Shown here piece after piece: positions 38,026 through 48,257 of a DNA stretch of 64,000 nucleotides. This stretch comes from Candidatus Bathyarchaeota archaeon. Its GTDB lineage: Archaea > Thermoproteota > Bathyarchaeia > TCS64. The stretch covers positions 832,001-896,000 of the forward strand of contig CAVYLP010000006.1 of the NCBI GenBank assembly GCA_963769425.1, written 5' to 3'. The position numbers were made by a program, and so were the translations under genes. The notes beneath the pieces are model-generated. The model was not told the origin of the DNA and ran no database searches. It saw nothing but the letters and a program-made list of their open reading frames with translations. Positions within the stretch are counted from its first letter, which is position 1. Each line of letters begins with the position of its first letter.

Positions 38026-40086
38026 TTAGCCGTAGGCGAGCTCCTGGCTCACCCTGCTTTCCCCGTCCACCTTCGTGACCCTGATGAGGTTAACGCCCTC
38101 CTCCTCCCCCTGCCCGTGGTGGGTGACGAGGAGCACCTGCCCGATCTCCCTGCTTCCCTGCGCGATGTACTCGAGCAGGTGGGGGACGTTCTCTGAGTCG
38201 ACGGCGTCCGTTGGCTCGTCGAGGATTAGGAGGTAGGGGAAGTTGCGGACCCTTAGGAGGGCGAGGCGCTCCGCGAGCGCGAAGAGGCTCTGGTGGCCTC
38301 CCCCAGCGCGCCACGCGGGCAGGGGCCTCGGGCTCCCCTTCGGCTGAACCTCGAGCGTGTACCGCTCACGATCGATCCTGCACGCGGAGTAGAGCTGCTG
38401 GTCGGTGAGCCGGCGGAAGTACTCGAAGGTCTGGTACTCGAGGAGCCGCAGCGTGTTCTCGCGCAGGTCCCTCTCGTAGTTCCCGTAGCGCTCCACGACA
38501 CCGTCGAGGGCCCTGATCTTTGCCTCGTACTCCTCGACCCTCTCTATCTTCAGCCTCGAGTCCTTGAGCGTCTGCTCAACTCCGGCTAGCTGTGCGCGCA
38601 GCCTCTTCTCCGATTGCTCCGCCTCCTGGAACCGGGCCTCCCTGTCCCTTACAGCGCCGACGAGCTCCCTCTCGGCGGCGCGCAGGGTCTTAAGCTTCTC
38701 CTCGACGCGCTTTCTGGCATCTTCTAGCCCCTTGACTGGGCCGAACTCCTTCTCGACGAGCTCAAGGACGCCCTCACTGCCAAGCTCGAGTCTCTCACTG
38801 AGTTTTCCCCCCACCTCGTCTAGCCTCAGTATGGCCCTCTTGCCCTCGTCAAGGCGAGCACGGAGGTTGAGGAAGCGGTCGACTGCCTTCTCCGCCTCGA
38901 CGCGCCTATCCGTGGCGGCCTTTGCCTGCGTCCTCAGTTCCTGTATCTCGTAGACGGCCGCGGCCTGCTGCTTCTTCGCGGCCTCGAGCTCCGCGGCCCA
39001 TTGGGCGAGGTCCTTCTCGATGGCTGCGGGGTCGATGGACTGCCCGCACTTCGGGCAGACGGTGAGCCCCTTGGCGACGAGGTCACGGTGCTCGGCGATC
39101 TGGTGGGTGAGCCTGTCGACGGTCGCCGCCGCGGCCCTGCGCCGCTGCTCCACCTCCGAGTCGCTGAGCTGGCGGAGCCGGTCCTCGGTCGCCTTCGCCG
39201 TCGATGCCCTGCTTTCCAACTCTCTTAATCTGAAGTCTGGGCTCTCCCCCATCTCAGAGACGACACCCTCAAGCTCGTCTTCCTTCGCCTCGCGTAGACT
39301 CCTGTTCCGCTCTACCTCCTGACTGATCGCGTCGAGCTCGTTGAAGTTTGTCTCGTAGCTCTCGACGCGCTCGACGGCGTCCTTCGCGTTCTGGAACTCG
39401 AATCGGCGGGCGCTTAGCTCGGAGACGAGAGTCACCTTCCTGCCGGTGATCTCCGCGAGCTGGGCACCGCCCTCCGCTAGGGTCTTCTCGGCGTTTCTTA
39501 TCCGCTCCTCGTAGGCGGGCTTGTTGTCTATTTCTCCTCGCTCGCGCAGCTTCGACTTGACGTCCCTGAGCTGCTCCCGTATCTCGCTTGGGGTGGTGAG
39601 GCCGAGTATCGCGTTCATGCGCCCCCTCTCGGGGTTGAGTATCTCGACGAACTCCTTCTGCCTCGCGTAGACGACGTTGAAGAATGTGCCGCTGCTGATG
39701 CCGAGGAGCTCCCTGAGCCTGTCCTGCGCGTCCCGCTCACGCGCGATGGGGGCTTTGTCCCCCTCGACCTGCATGAGGAACTCCTTCGCCTTGAACGCCT
39801 CGTCCGTCCCCTTCTTAGCGAGGGTCGCCTCGCGGTGGATGGTGACCTTGACCCCCTTTGGTGTCCTGAAGACGAGTTCGACGAATAGATCGCCGCCCCC
39901 GACGGGGAGGAGGTCCCTCTTCTCGACGCCTGGCACCTCGCCGAAGAAGCCGAAGAGGACCGCCTCGAGGATCGTGGTTTTCCCCGAGGCGTTGCGCCCG
40001 CTGATCTTGTTCACGCCGCGGGTGAATCGGATGGTCTGCTGGCCTCGATAGCTCTTGAAGCCGCGGAGGGTGAGGGACTCGATCAA
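38026..40086 (-). CDS. rad50: Rad50/SbcC-like SMC ATPase
   Basis: GFKSY, GRNASGKT, Q-loop YARQ, CPKC hook, LILDEPT, VTHH; coiled coils. Confidence 0.9.
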   Translation of the reverse strand: MIESLTLRGFKSYRGQQTIRFTRGVNKISGRNASGKTTILEAVLFGFFGEVPGVEKRDLLPVGGGDLFVELVFRTPKGVKVTIHREATLAKKGTDEAFKAKEFLMQVEGDKAPIARERDAQDRLRELLGISSGTFFNVVYARQKEFVEILNPERGRMNAILGLTTPSEIREQLRDVKSKLRERGEIDNKPAYEERIRNAEKTLAEGGAQLAEITGRKVTLVSELSARRFEFQNAKDAVERVESYETNFNELDAISQEVERNRSLREAKEDELEGVVSEMGESPDFRLRELESRASTAKATEDRLRQLSDSEVEQRRRAAAATVDRLTHQIAEHRDLVAKGLTVCPKCGQSIDPAAIEKDLAQWAAELEAAKKQQAAAVYEIQELRTQAKAATDRRVEAEKAVDRFLNLRARLDEGKRAILRLDEVGGKLSERLELGSEGVLELVEKEFGPVKGLEDARKRVEEKLKTLRAAERELVGAVRDREARFQEAEQSEKRLRAQLAGVEQTLKDSRLKIERVEEYEAKIRALDGVVERYGNYERDLRENTLRLLEYQTFEYFRRLTDQQLYSACRIDRERYTLEVQPKGSPRPLPAWRAGGGHQSLFALAERLALLRVRNFPYLLILDEPTDAVDSENVPHLLEYIAQGSREIGQVLLVTHHGQGEEEGVNLIRVTKVDGESRVSQELAYG

Positions 40087-41327
40087 GCCTTGCCCTCCCT
40101 AAAGGTCTTAGCCTCGAATCGGCGGACCCAGTCGACTATGAACTGCTCACGCTGCGTGGCGGTGAGAAGCCCCGTCTTCGTGCTCGCCTCCTCCTCAAGC
40201 GCCTCCCGGACCCGCCCGTGCACTTCCCTGATCTCCTCGGCGAAGCCACCAAAGTCGCGGAAGTATTCGGCGACGTCCGTGTTCTCCGCCATGGGGCGAG
40301 CAACACTCGGGGGGAGATTCAGCTCGAGAGTGTCGACGTCAACCCAGAGCAGGAGGGGGTCTTGAGCCGCCTCCCTGATCCTGTCCTCGCTCACGTCGCT
40401 GGGCCACCCATCACTCAGGGTGCCCTCGAGCTTGATCCTGATGTAGCCCTGCTTGTGCTGAGCGTGAAGCTCTTCGACGAAGCCGTGCAGGGTTTCTATC
40501 GCCTTCACCTCGTACCACTTCGGGTCCGCCCCGCGCCCGTTACCGATCTTCACCTGCCTCATCATGTGCAGGGGCTCGATGGGCACCCAGGTGAACTTGG
40601 GGCCCTCCGTGTCAACTATGTAGAAGCCCTTCTCCGGCTCCTCGGCGAAGTCGTATATCTCAGTACTCCCCGGGGTCAGGACCCATCCGTTGCCATTGAG
40701 CCTCCTCGGCTCGCAGCGCTGGTGGTAGTGGCCGGTGAACACGTAGTCCGCGCCGGAGGCTGCGAGCTGGTCGAGGCTGATGCTGCTGTCCCCCGGTGGG
40801 ACGTCGTTGTAGTTGGCGATGAAGCCGTGCAGCATCAGCACTTTTGTGCCCTTGCCCTTCTCGAGGGCGGGCTTCGCCAGCCTCTCGTAGGCGACGTCTA
40901 CCTGATCATAGTAGTTGAGCCCCACGACGTGCAAACGCTCGTCGTCATAGGTGATATTCTCGTCACCGAAGACGTGCAGATACCCTGCAAGGGGGTGCCT
41001 GATGTAGTCGAGGGCATCGCTTTGGCTCCGTCCGTCGTGGTTGCCCCTGATGACGAGGATGTGTATGCTCCGCTTGTGCTTCGCCTCCGTCTCTTTGACG
41101 AGGCGGAAGAGCTCCCTCTGGGTGAATTCAACCATGTGTGGGCGGAGTGTGCGCCTTTCGAAGAGGTCGCCGCAGATGAAGACATAGTCAACACCAGCTG
41201 CGACGATGGCGTCCACGGCTTTCGTCAGTGCCCTCTCGAACGCCATCCGCCTATGCTCCGCTATGGCGAGCGGTATGCTCCGCCCGATGTGGAGGTCGGC
41301 GAGGACGGCGAAGCGCATGGCTGCCAC
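40083..41327 (-). CDS. mre11: Mre11/SbcD nuclease
   Basis: DLHIG, GDLF, GNHD, LHG, GHYH, PGS phosphoesterase motifs. Confidence 0.92.
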   Translation of the reverse strand: MAAMRFAVLADLHIGRSIPLAIAEHRRMAFERALTKAVDAIVAAGVDYVFICGDLFERRTLRPHMVEFTQRELFRLVKETEAKHKRSIHILVIRGNHDGRSQSDALDYIRHPLAGYLHVFGDENITYDDERLHVVGLNYYDQVDVAYERLAKPALEKGKGTKVLMLHGFIANYNDVPPGDSSISLDQLAASGADYVFTGHYHQRCEPRRLNGNGWVLTPGSTEIYDFAEEPEKGFYIVDTEGPKFTWVPIEPLHMMRQVKIGNGRGADPKWYEVKAIETLHGFVEELHAQHKQGYIRIKLEGTLSDGWPSDVSEDRIREAAQDPLLLWVDVDTLELNLPPSVARPMAENTDVAEYFRDFGGFAEEIREVHGRVREALEEEASTKTGLLTATQREQFIVDWVRRFEAKTFREGKA

Positions 41328-42947
41328 CTAGTGTAGGGGGAATGCGTCCCTCTTCCTCTTAATCTCTGCATCCTCGCGGGCTTGCCTGAGGAGGTCCGCG
41401 ATCTCAGGCGTCCTGCCGCCGTGGCGCGTCTCACGCTTCGCAGTTTTGATCATGACCGGTACGGGAACGAACGGGCCGACGAGAACCGCCTCCCCCTGTT
41501 CGAGCGCAGGGAGATCGGCGAGCAGATCTTCGCTGAAGGACTCCGACGCCGCCTGTATAGTGTTCTGGTCGGTGCTGTTGACGACGCGAAGTATAGCGAG
41601 GTTGCTGCAGTTACTGAGTATGTCGGGGTCGATACGGCGAGGTCTCTGGCTGATGACGGTGAGGAAGACGCCAAATTTGGCCCCCTCCGCCGCGATGCGT
41701 GCAAGTATGTCCCTGCTGAACCTGCCCCCGCCCTCGTCTGGGGGCGCCGCGAACCTGTGCGCCTCCTCGACGAAGACGAAGAGGGGCAGCCTCTCCTCGT
41801 GCCTGTACTTGATCTGGAAGATGCGCCGCAGGATCATGCCGACGATGACGTCCTGCTCGTCGTCGCTTATGCCGCTGAGGAAGACATCGCTCATGTGCTG
41901 GGGGGCGAAGAACTCCTTGACGGGCAGCTCTCCCTCGCTGAAGATGTTCCTCTCCTCGAGGCCCTCGAGGTGCTCTATGAGGCGGGCGACGCGTGTGGCG
42001 TCCTGCTTCGCCTTCTTCTTTTTCTTCTTCCCCTCCGTCTCCTCCTCTTCCTCGCCCTCGTCGAGCTGTTCGTAGAGGACGTCGATTATGTCCTGTAGGC
42101 CGTAGAACTTCTTGCGCGCCTTTGCCTCCTTGACGGCTTTGCCGAGGATTATCCTCTGGAGGCTTCCCGTGACGTGGGAGAGCCTGCAGAGTTCGCCGGT
42201 GGTGCACTGGCTGACGCTGATGTGTAATGGCTTGACGTGTGGGGCGTCGAACGCCTCCGCGGCCTCGGGGCGGTAGACGGTGACTTTATCGCGGAAGTAC
42301 TCGTGCTCAGCGCCGCTCGGGTCCTGGGTCATGTTGGCATAGTCCCCGTGGGCGTCGATGACGAGGATTGATGCGCCTTGGCGGAGGAGCTGCTCCATGA
42401 TGCGCCCAGCGAAGTAGCTCTTGCCGTACCGCGTCATGGCGAGTATGGCGGTGTGCCTGTGCAGCTCCTTGCCGCTGATTGGGACGTTTATCCCCTCCCT
42501 GTGCAGGAGGCTCCCGACCATGAGGGGTACCTCGCCCTCTCCGAGGGTGAAGAGGCGCTGCAGAATCTCATCCGAGGCCCTGAACACTGGGCTCCCGGGC
42601 ATCGGAGGGCTGCGCGGCCTCCGCACCTCGCTCCTCCCCCCTTCGTCGTGCAGGTAGCCGAGAACCTTGGCGTGCGCGAACACCTGTATGAGGTCATCGT
42701 CTACGCCCAGCTCCCCCATCTTCCTCGCGGCGTCGGGGGTTGTCCTCTCGTCGTAGAAGGGGTGGCGGCTCGTTATCGTCTTCACCTGCCCGAGCACCCT
42801 TATGCTCCTCATCGAGCCGTCCTGCTGTGGCTCCTCCACCTCGACCTCGACGTACTCGTAGCTCACCGGCCTGTTCTTCGTGTCCTCTATGTTGAACTCG
42901 AACCACGTCGGGTCGCTCTGCCCTATGATGCTGCCATACGCCTTCAT
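41328..42947 (-). CDS. herA: HerA helicase/translocase
   Basis: N-terminal HAS barrel, HTAILAMTRYGKS, IDAHGDY, VEEAHRF, EGAKFG, SQRP. Confidence 0.92.
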   Translation of the reverse strand: MKAYGSIIGQSDPTWFEFNIEDTKNRPVSYEYVEVEVEEPQQDGSMRSIRVLGQVKTITSRHPFYDERTTPDAARKMGELGVDDDLIQVFAHAKVLGYLHDEGGRSEVRRPRSPPMPGSPVFRASDEILQRLFTLGEGEVPLMVGSLLHREGINVPISGKELHRHTAILAMTRYGKSYFAGRIMEQLLRQGASILVIDAHGDYANMTQDPSGAEHEYFRDKVTVYRPEAAEAFDAPHVKPLHISVSQCTTGELCRLSHVTGSLQRIILGKAVKEAKARKKFYGLQDIIDVLYEQLDEGEEEEETEGKKKKKKAKQDATRVARLIEHLEGLEERNIFSEGELPVKEFFAPQHMSDVFLSGISDDEQDVIVGMILRRIFQIKYRHEERLPLFVFVEEAHRFAAPPDEGGGRFSRDILARIAAEGAKFGVFLTVISQRPRRIDPDILSNCSNLAILRVVNSTDQNTIQAASESFSEDLLADLPALEQGEAVLVGPFVPVPVMIKTAKRETRHGGRTPEIADLLRQAREDAEIKRKRDAFPLH

Positions 42948-44230
42948 CCCAAATTCCTCTTCTCCCTGCGCTTACCCTCCACGTCGAGGCCCGCCTCCTC
43001 GAGGCGGCGTACTATGAAGGGCTCATATTTTCTATGGTATAGGTCCCTGTCGAAGTGTGCCAGCGTGTCGGCCTGCTTCAGGGGTATGTTGTACTCGACC
43101 TCGTTACAGAACCAGTGTCCGAGGTGGTTCAAAACCTTTTCAAGGTTGGGGTTGCCGGTGAGGAACATATTCCGGGTGTGGCTGCTCCACGCCTCGGGGC
43201 GGCCGAGGAGGTTGGCGAGCACGTCGACCCGAAATGGACGTGCCTTAGGGCCCGGCTTCCAATAGATAGCGGCGACGCCGGGGGCGGAGAAGAATCCTTT
43301 CACCGCCTCCTTGACCCGCGTCGCGGTGCCCGCCTCGAGGTACTTGTCGACCATCCTGTAGAGGCTCGCGGTGTCGTTGTCGGCGTAGTAGATTGAGGGT
43401 GAGAGGTAGAGGGGCGATGTGTAGCCCGCCGTCTCCGTCGACTCCTTGACTAGGAGTGGGTCGCAGAGTGGGCGTGCCTCGATCCACGGCTCGATCTGCT
43501 TCCACTCCGTCTCGCCCCAGTTCTGCATCTTGCCCCTGAGGTCGATGGGGGAGGACGCTTCGTCGAGCTGCTTGACTAGACTGCCGAGCCCCGCTTTGGT
43601 AACTGCCTCCTTGAGCAGCTCCATGTAGAGGAAGAAGACGCTCGAGTCCTTAGCGACGCCGACTAGGGGGAACCCGTTGTCGCGAGCCAGCGTGCGAAGC
43701 CGGGTGATGGACTCGAAGAAGTCTATGAGAAGCTCGGGGTGGTGCCTGTACTCCCTGACGGCGTATGGGAACCTGCCTATGTAGAGGCTCCCATCCATGA
43801 GGACGACGGGCTGCCCGCCCTCGTCGAGCACTTTCCTCGCCGCGGCGTAAGCTGCGTCGTACTCGCAGATGGTACGCACGTACCCGGGGATGAATCCCTT
43901 GTCCCTGTCCTCATAGACCTGTCCGACGTATAGCCGGACCTTTCTCTCCATGCGCCGCCCCTCACCGGGCTTGTGGATGAGGGCTATGGCGCGCCCCGCC
44001 GCGACGAAATCCCCGTAGGCGAAGTCGCTCTGCTGTATGCCGCCGTCGACGCTGATCAGGGTTCCCTTCCTATCGTCGGAGTCGCCGGCGTATGGTAACC
44101 ACCTCGCCTTCACCTCGTCGGCGAGTATCGACCGCTTCGAATCCTCCTCGTCCCTCGCCGCAATCTCGCCAGCAACCCTCTCCAGCTCCGAGTAGAATTC
44201 GTCGAAGAAGAGGTCTCTTACCCCACTCAA
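42944..44230 (-). CDS. nurA: NurA nuclease
   Basis: SVDGG, LMDGSL, GVAKDS, YNIPLKQAD; operonic with herA/mre11/rad50. Confidence 0.88.
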   Translation of the reverse strand: MSGVRDLFFDEFYSELERVAGEIAARDEEDSKRSILADEVKARWLPYAGDSDDRKGTLISVDGGIQQSDFAYGDFVAAGRAIALIHKPGEGRRMERKVRLYVGQVYEDRDKGFIPGYVRTICEYDAAYAAARKVLDEGGQPVVLMDGSLYIGRFPYAVREYRHHPELLIDFFESITRLRTLARDNGFPLVGVAKDSSVFFLYMELLKEAVTKAGLGSLVKQLDEASSPIDLRGKMQNWGETEWKQIEPWIEARPLCDPLLVKESTETAGYTSPLYLSPSIYYADNDTASLYRMVDKYLEAGTATRVKEAVKGFFSAPGVAAIYWKPGPKARPFRVDVLANLLGRPEAWSSHTRNMFLTGNPNLEKVLNHLGHWFCNEVEYNIPLKQADTLAHFDRDLYHRKYEPFIVRRLEEAGLDVEGKRREKRNLG

Positions 44231-44283
44231 GCCCCGTCAGTGAAGACTAGCCGCGTCCGCATATATGTTGGAGAGGTGAGTGA

Positions 44284-44611
44284 AGGTGCAGCGGTGGCTC
44301 CCATGGGCAATCGGGATGGCGTGGCGCAGGTCCGCGTCACCCTCCTCCGTCCCGAGTTCCCGCGAGCGCCAAACGTTCAGACTTAGGTTGCTCCCTCCCG
44401 GGCCTGGCCAGGTTCGCCCGTCGAATGCACGCGCGCCCCCCTACGAGGGCGTGCGACGCAGCCGCCGGCCCCGCGGGGCAGGACATCGACGGAGGGCTCC
44501 GCGCCTTACGCCTCGCTTCCCCCGGCCACCCAAGAGGTTACTGACCCCCTTTGTAGCCCGTTAAGGGTGCGGGGCAGGGCTGGCTCCCCGATCCTACCCA
44601 CCACTGCAACC
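44284..44611 (-). ncRNA. ffs: Archaeal SRP (7S) RNA
   Basis: Helix 1 pairing of ends (GGTTGCAGTGGTGG/CCACCGCTGCACC); helix 6 with GTAG loop; helix 8 CCAGGCCC-GGGA-GGGAGCAACC; about 325 nt. Confidence 0.92.
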
Positions 44612-44726
44612 TAAGTGGCGGAGCCTCGCGGTAAAAGCATTATGCACGCCATAATGATATCCAGTTAAGCCCTGGAAGTGCGAATATAACGAGGTCACCC
44701 CTCCCCACTAGAAAGGGATATATTCC

Positions 44727-45992
44727 GTGAGGCAGTCGGAACTGAGCTATATGCCCTCCGAGCTTACTCCGCAAATGCGGAAGAACTTCAACATAATGAT
44801 CGCCTCCACTATTATCATGCAAATAACCTCCTCAACCATTTACATGGTCCTGCCGCTCTTCTTCTCGAGCGTCGGTCTCAGCAACGCCGACAACGGTCTA
44901 CTCATCTCGGTGGGTACATTCGCTGGGATCTTAAGCGGCCTCGTAGCGGGCGCCCTCTCAAACAGATACGGGCGGAAAAATATCCTCGTACTGAGCGGGT
45001 TCATCTACTCCTCAACTTACTTCATGCTCGTATTCATGGGGCACGACTTCACATCTCTCATGATTTCGAGGTTCATCGCGGGCATCGGTTTCTACATGAT
45101 GCCGGTGGCCGTGACTACGATGGCGGCTGATATCTTTCCCTATAAGGATCGCGGAAAGGCTATGGCCCTATACGGTGTATCCGGCGGGGTCGGTGCCCTG
45201 ATAGGTCCATTGATTACTCCCTTCTTGGTCTTCGGATCTGACTACACTTGGTACTTCCTGTTCTCCGCTGTCTCGATCCTACTCAGCGCAATCGCCATGG
45301 TATTTCTTGTAAAGGAGACACTGCCCGAGGAAATCAAACAAAAAGCAATGATGTCCTCGGGGAAGAAGGTAGATGTCAGGGGTTTCCTGACCTCGGTTAA
45401 GGGTCTCGGCATCGTTGTCGCGATATTCCTTTTGGCGGTTCTCCTTTACCGCACCGGGTATACTATGATCGACCCCTTCCTCAGCCTGTACTTGATGGAG
45501 GTCCTCCACCTCGACCTCGGATCCACTAGTTACATCTTCGCCCTAAGGGCTTTGTGCACGATCATCTTCTCACAGGCCTCCGGATGGCTCACAGACAAGT
45601 ACGGCAGGAAGACGATGTTCCTGATAGGGCTTGGGATGACGGTGATAACAACCTTCAGCTACACGATTACCTCAACATTCGTCCAAATGCTTTTCCTGAG
45701 GGCCTGGGACGCTGCTGCTACAGCAATAACCCTTACTGCGATTCGAACCCTCATAGCTGACCTGCTGAGCCCGGAGATGCGCGGATTTGGTATGGGCCTA
45801 CACTCGGCGATCACTCAGCAGAGCTCGACTGTCGGCTCTATCTTCAGCGGCTTCATAATCGATGCTTACGGCTTCAATACAACCTTCTACTCGGCAACCA
45901 TTATGTGCCTAGTTGCATTGGTCATCGTTCTCATCTGGGTTCATGAGCCTGGAAAGTTGAAGAAAGTGAAGGGACCGCCCCTGAAGAGCTAA
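44727..45992 (+). CDS. MFS transporter (tandem paralog 1)
   Basis: GALSNRYGRK, GWLTDKYGRK; 12 TMs. Confidence 0.9.
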   Translation: MRQSELSYMPSELTPQMRKNFNIMIASTIIMQITSSTIYMVLPLFFSSVGLSNADNGLLISVGTFAGILSGLVAGALSNRYGRKNILVLSGFIYSSTYFMLVFMGHDFTSLMISRFIAGIGFYMMPVAVTTMAADIFPYKDRGKAMALYGVSGGVGALIGPLITPFLVFGSDYTWYFLFSAVSILLSAIAMVFLVKETLPEEIKQKAMMSSGKKVDVRGFLTSVKGLGIVVAIFLLAVLLYRTGYTMIDPFLSLYLMEVLHLDLGSTSYIFALRALCTIIFSQASGWLTDKYGRKTMFLIGLGMTVITTFSYTITSTFVQMLFLRAWDAAATAITLTAIRTLIADLLSPEMRGFGMGLHSAITQQSSTVGSIFSGFIIDAYGFNTTFYSATIMCLVALVIVLIWVHEPGKLKKVKGPPLKS

Positions 45993-46106
45993 AACCTGTA
46001 GATACTTATTCTAGATTTTTAGTAAATAGGTGATCGTATCCCCGACGTAATGTTAATATGTAGACTCCGCGGGGTGATTGGAGTTCCCTCCCCGGTGAAG
46101 CATTAA

Positions 46107-47357
46107 ATGGAAGACATCGATCCGACCCCGCAGCAGCGTAGGAATTACTTCTTCATCATAATCTCCGTAATTTCAATGCAGATAACGGCGTCGACCATCT
46201 ACATGGTCTTCCCTTTGTTCTTCACCGGTGTAGGGTTGGACAAAGGGGAGAGCGGTCTCCTCATCTCGATCGGCACATTCGCGGGGATACTGAGCAGCGT
46301 GGCGGCAGGCGTCCTCTCTAACCGCTACGGGAGGAAGAACATCCTACTCGTAGGCACGCTCATGTACACCGTCGTCTTCTTCCTTTTCGCCTATGCTGGC
46401 AGCGGCTTCGGCATACTCATGCTGCTGAGGTTCATCGAGGGCATCGGGTTCTACATCATGCCCGTCATGGTGACCACCATGGCGGCCGACATATTCCCGG
46501 CAAGGGAGAGGGGCAAGGCGATGGCACTGTACAGTGTCTCGGGGGGCATCGGTTCCCTGATCGGCCCCCTCATCTCTCCTCTCCTAATCACCGGAAACGA
46601 CTACACCCCATATTTCCTCTTCTCAGGCGGTTTTGTCGCGATAAGTGCTATAATCATGATACTCTTCGTCCACGAGACCCTGCCCAAGGAGAAGAGAACC
46701 GTTGTCGATACCAATGCGAAGCGCTTCAGGATCGACCTCCCCGGTTTTCTGCGCTCCACCAAGGGCCTAGGCTTCGTTGTGGGTATCTTCCTACTGGCAA
46801 TCCTCATTTACCGCACCGGATACACGATGGTTGATCCCTTCTTCAGCCTGTACCTGAGTGAGGTAATACACGTCGACCTCTCCCTCACCAGCTACATATT
46901 CGCGGTGAGAGCCCTCTGCATAATCGCCTTCTCACCCATCGCGGGGATCCTCATAGATAGGTCGGGGAGAAAGAACGTCATCCTCATCGGACTCGCCATG
47001 TCGATTGTGACACTCGTAGGCTACACGATCCCCGGCGGCTTCCTCTGGATGCTCATCCTCAGGTCCTGGGACGGGGTAACATGGGCCGTGATGCTTACCG
47101 CGATGAACACGCTGATGGCCGACCTCCTCAGCACCGAGATGCTCGGCTTCGGGATGGGGCTACAAAATGCTATCACTCAGCAGAGCTCGACGATTGGAGC
47201 CCTGTTCAGCGGCTTCCTCATCGACGCCTATGGATATAACCTCGTCTTCTACATCGCCGCCGCAACCTGTGTCGTGGCGCTGGTCTTGGTGAAGCTGCGG
47301 ATACCCGAGCCAGACAGGAAGACGAAGGCCGCATCCCAAGCGCTGCTCACTCACTGA
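46107..47357 (+). CDS. MFS transporter (tandem paralog 2)
   Basis: GVLSNRYGRK; shares GIGFY.MPV.VTTMAADIFP and YRTGYTM.DPF with paralog 1. Confidence 0.9.
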   Translation: MEDIDPTPQQRRNYFFIIISVISMQITASTIYMVFPLFFTGVGLDKGESGLLISIGTFAGILSSVAAGVLSNRYGRKNILLVGTLMYTVVFFLFAYAGSGFGILMLLRFIEGIGFYIMPVMVTTMAADIFPARERGKAMALYSVSGGIGSLIGPLISPLLITGNDYTPYFLFSGGFVAISAIIMILFVHETLPKEKRTVVDTNAKRFRIDLPGFLRSTKGLGFVVGIFLLAILIYRTGYTMVDPFFSLYLSEVIHVDLSLTSYIFAVRALCIIAFSPIAGILIDRSGRKNVILIGLAMSIVTLVGYTIPGGFLWMLILRSWDGVTWAVMLTAMNTLMADLLSTEMLGFGMGLQNAITQQSSTIGALFSGFLIDAYGYNLVFYIAAATCVVALVLVKLRIPEPDRKTKAASQALLTH

Positions 47358-47362
47358 GTTGA

Positions 47363-48220
47363 CTAGAGGGGTCTGAGGCCGAAGAGGCTCAGGCTGAAGA
47401 TTATGTTCCCTATTATTATGGCGAGGAAGGCGTAGGTGGCGACCGTCTGCAGGAGCTTACCGTTCGGCCTCAACTCGGTAAAGGCCTTCCACATCTGGCC
47501 ACCATCGAGGGGGCCTATGGGTAGCATGTTCATTATGGCGAGGTTTATAGAGACGAAGTAGAGCCAGCTGAAGAATATGGCGAGGGCCTCGGGCATGACC
47601 CCGCCGAACGCTATCATTATTGGTATGATTGCCAGCCCCGTGATGAGGTTGACTATGCTACCTGAGGCGAAGACCCTCATCCTGCTGAGGAGGGGCGCCT
47701 TCTGGAGGTCTTCCTCCTCCGGCTCGACGGCGCCGCCGAAGGTGATGACTGCGACGAGGACCGCGGCTGACTTTACCCTGATTCCCCCGATCACGCACTG
47801 GATGCCGTGGCTCAACTCATGGGTGAGTATCACCACCCCCGCAGCGAGCATGAACCAGGGGAGGCTCGACGCCCCTATGGTGACGCCGGGGATGAGCGGC
47901 TGCACGGGTGTGGCCTGCTCGGGTAGGAAGAAAAACTTGAGAAGGTTGTTTATAAGGAGCCAGGAAGCGAAGGCGGCCTGCCCCACTGACGCGACTACAC
48001 CCACGTTGCCGAGGACGCGCCACATACTCGGGTGCCAATTAGCTAGCCTAGAGATGAAGCCGTTGAGTTTAGTCGACTTGTAGAGGGCGTAGATTGGGCT
48101 TACCTCGAGATCGTCCCTCTTCACCTTGAAGACGATTATGACCGCGTAGAAGGTGAACCAGGCGGCGACGATTATGCCGAGCGTAGTAAGGGCGTCCAAT
48201 CCTTCAGCCTCCATTTTCAC
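47363..48220 (-). CDS. Site-2 protease (M50) family
   Basis: HELSH, GAVEP, NMLPIGPLDGG. Confidence 0.92.
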   Translation of the reverse strand: MKMEAEGLDALTTLGIIVAAWFTFYAVIIVFKVKRDDLEVSPIYALYKSTKLNGFISRLANWHPSMWRVLGNVGVVASVGQAAFASWLLINNLLKFFFLPEQATPVQPLIPGVTIGASSLPWFMLAAGVVILTHELSHGIQCVIGGIRVKSAAVLVAVITFGGAVEPEEEDLQKAPLLSRMRVFASGSIVNLITGLAIIPIMIAFGGVMPEALAIFFSWLYFVSINLAIMNMLPIGPLDGGQMWKAFTELRPNGKLLQTVATYAFLAIIIGNIIFSLSLFGLRPL

Positions 48221-48257
48221 GTCGATGCTGCAGATATAAGGAGACCGCTCCCTATAA

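Noticed and set aside
40218-43265. Long plus-strand ORFs (372, 238 and 295 aa) opposite mre11/herA
   Set aside because: Antisense shadows caused by high GC3 codon bias; no recognisable motifs
41328-44230. HerA-based anti-phage system (Sir2-HerA/Nezha type)
   Set aside because: Partners are NurA, Mre11 and Rad50, the standard archaeal resection set; no Sir2 or DUF4297 effector
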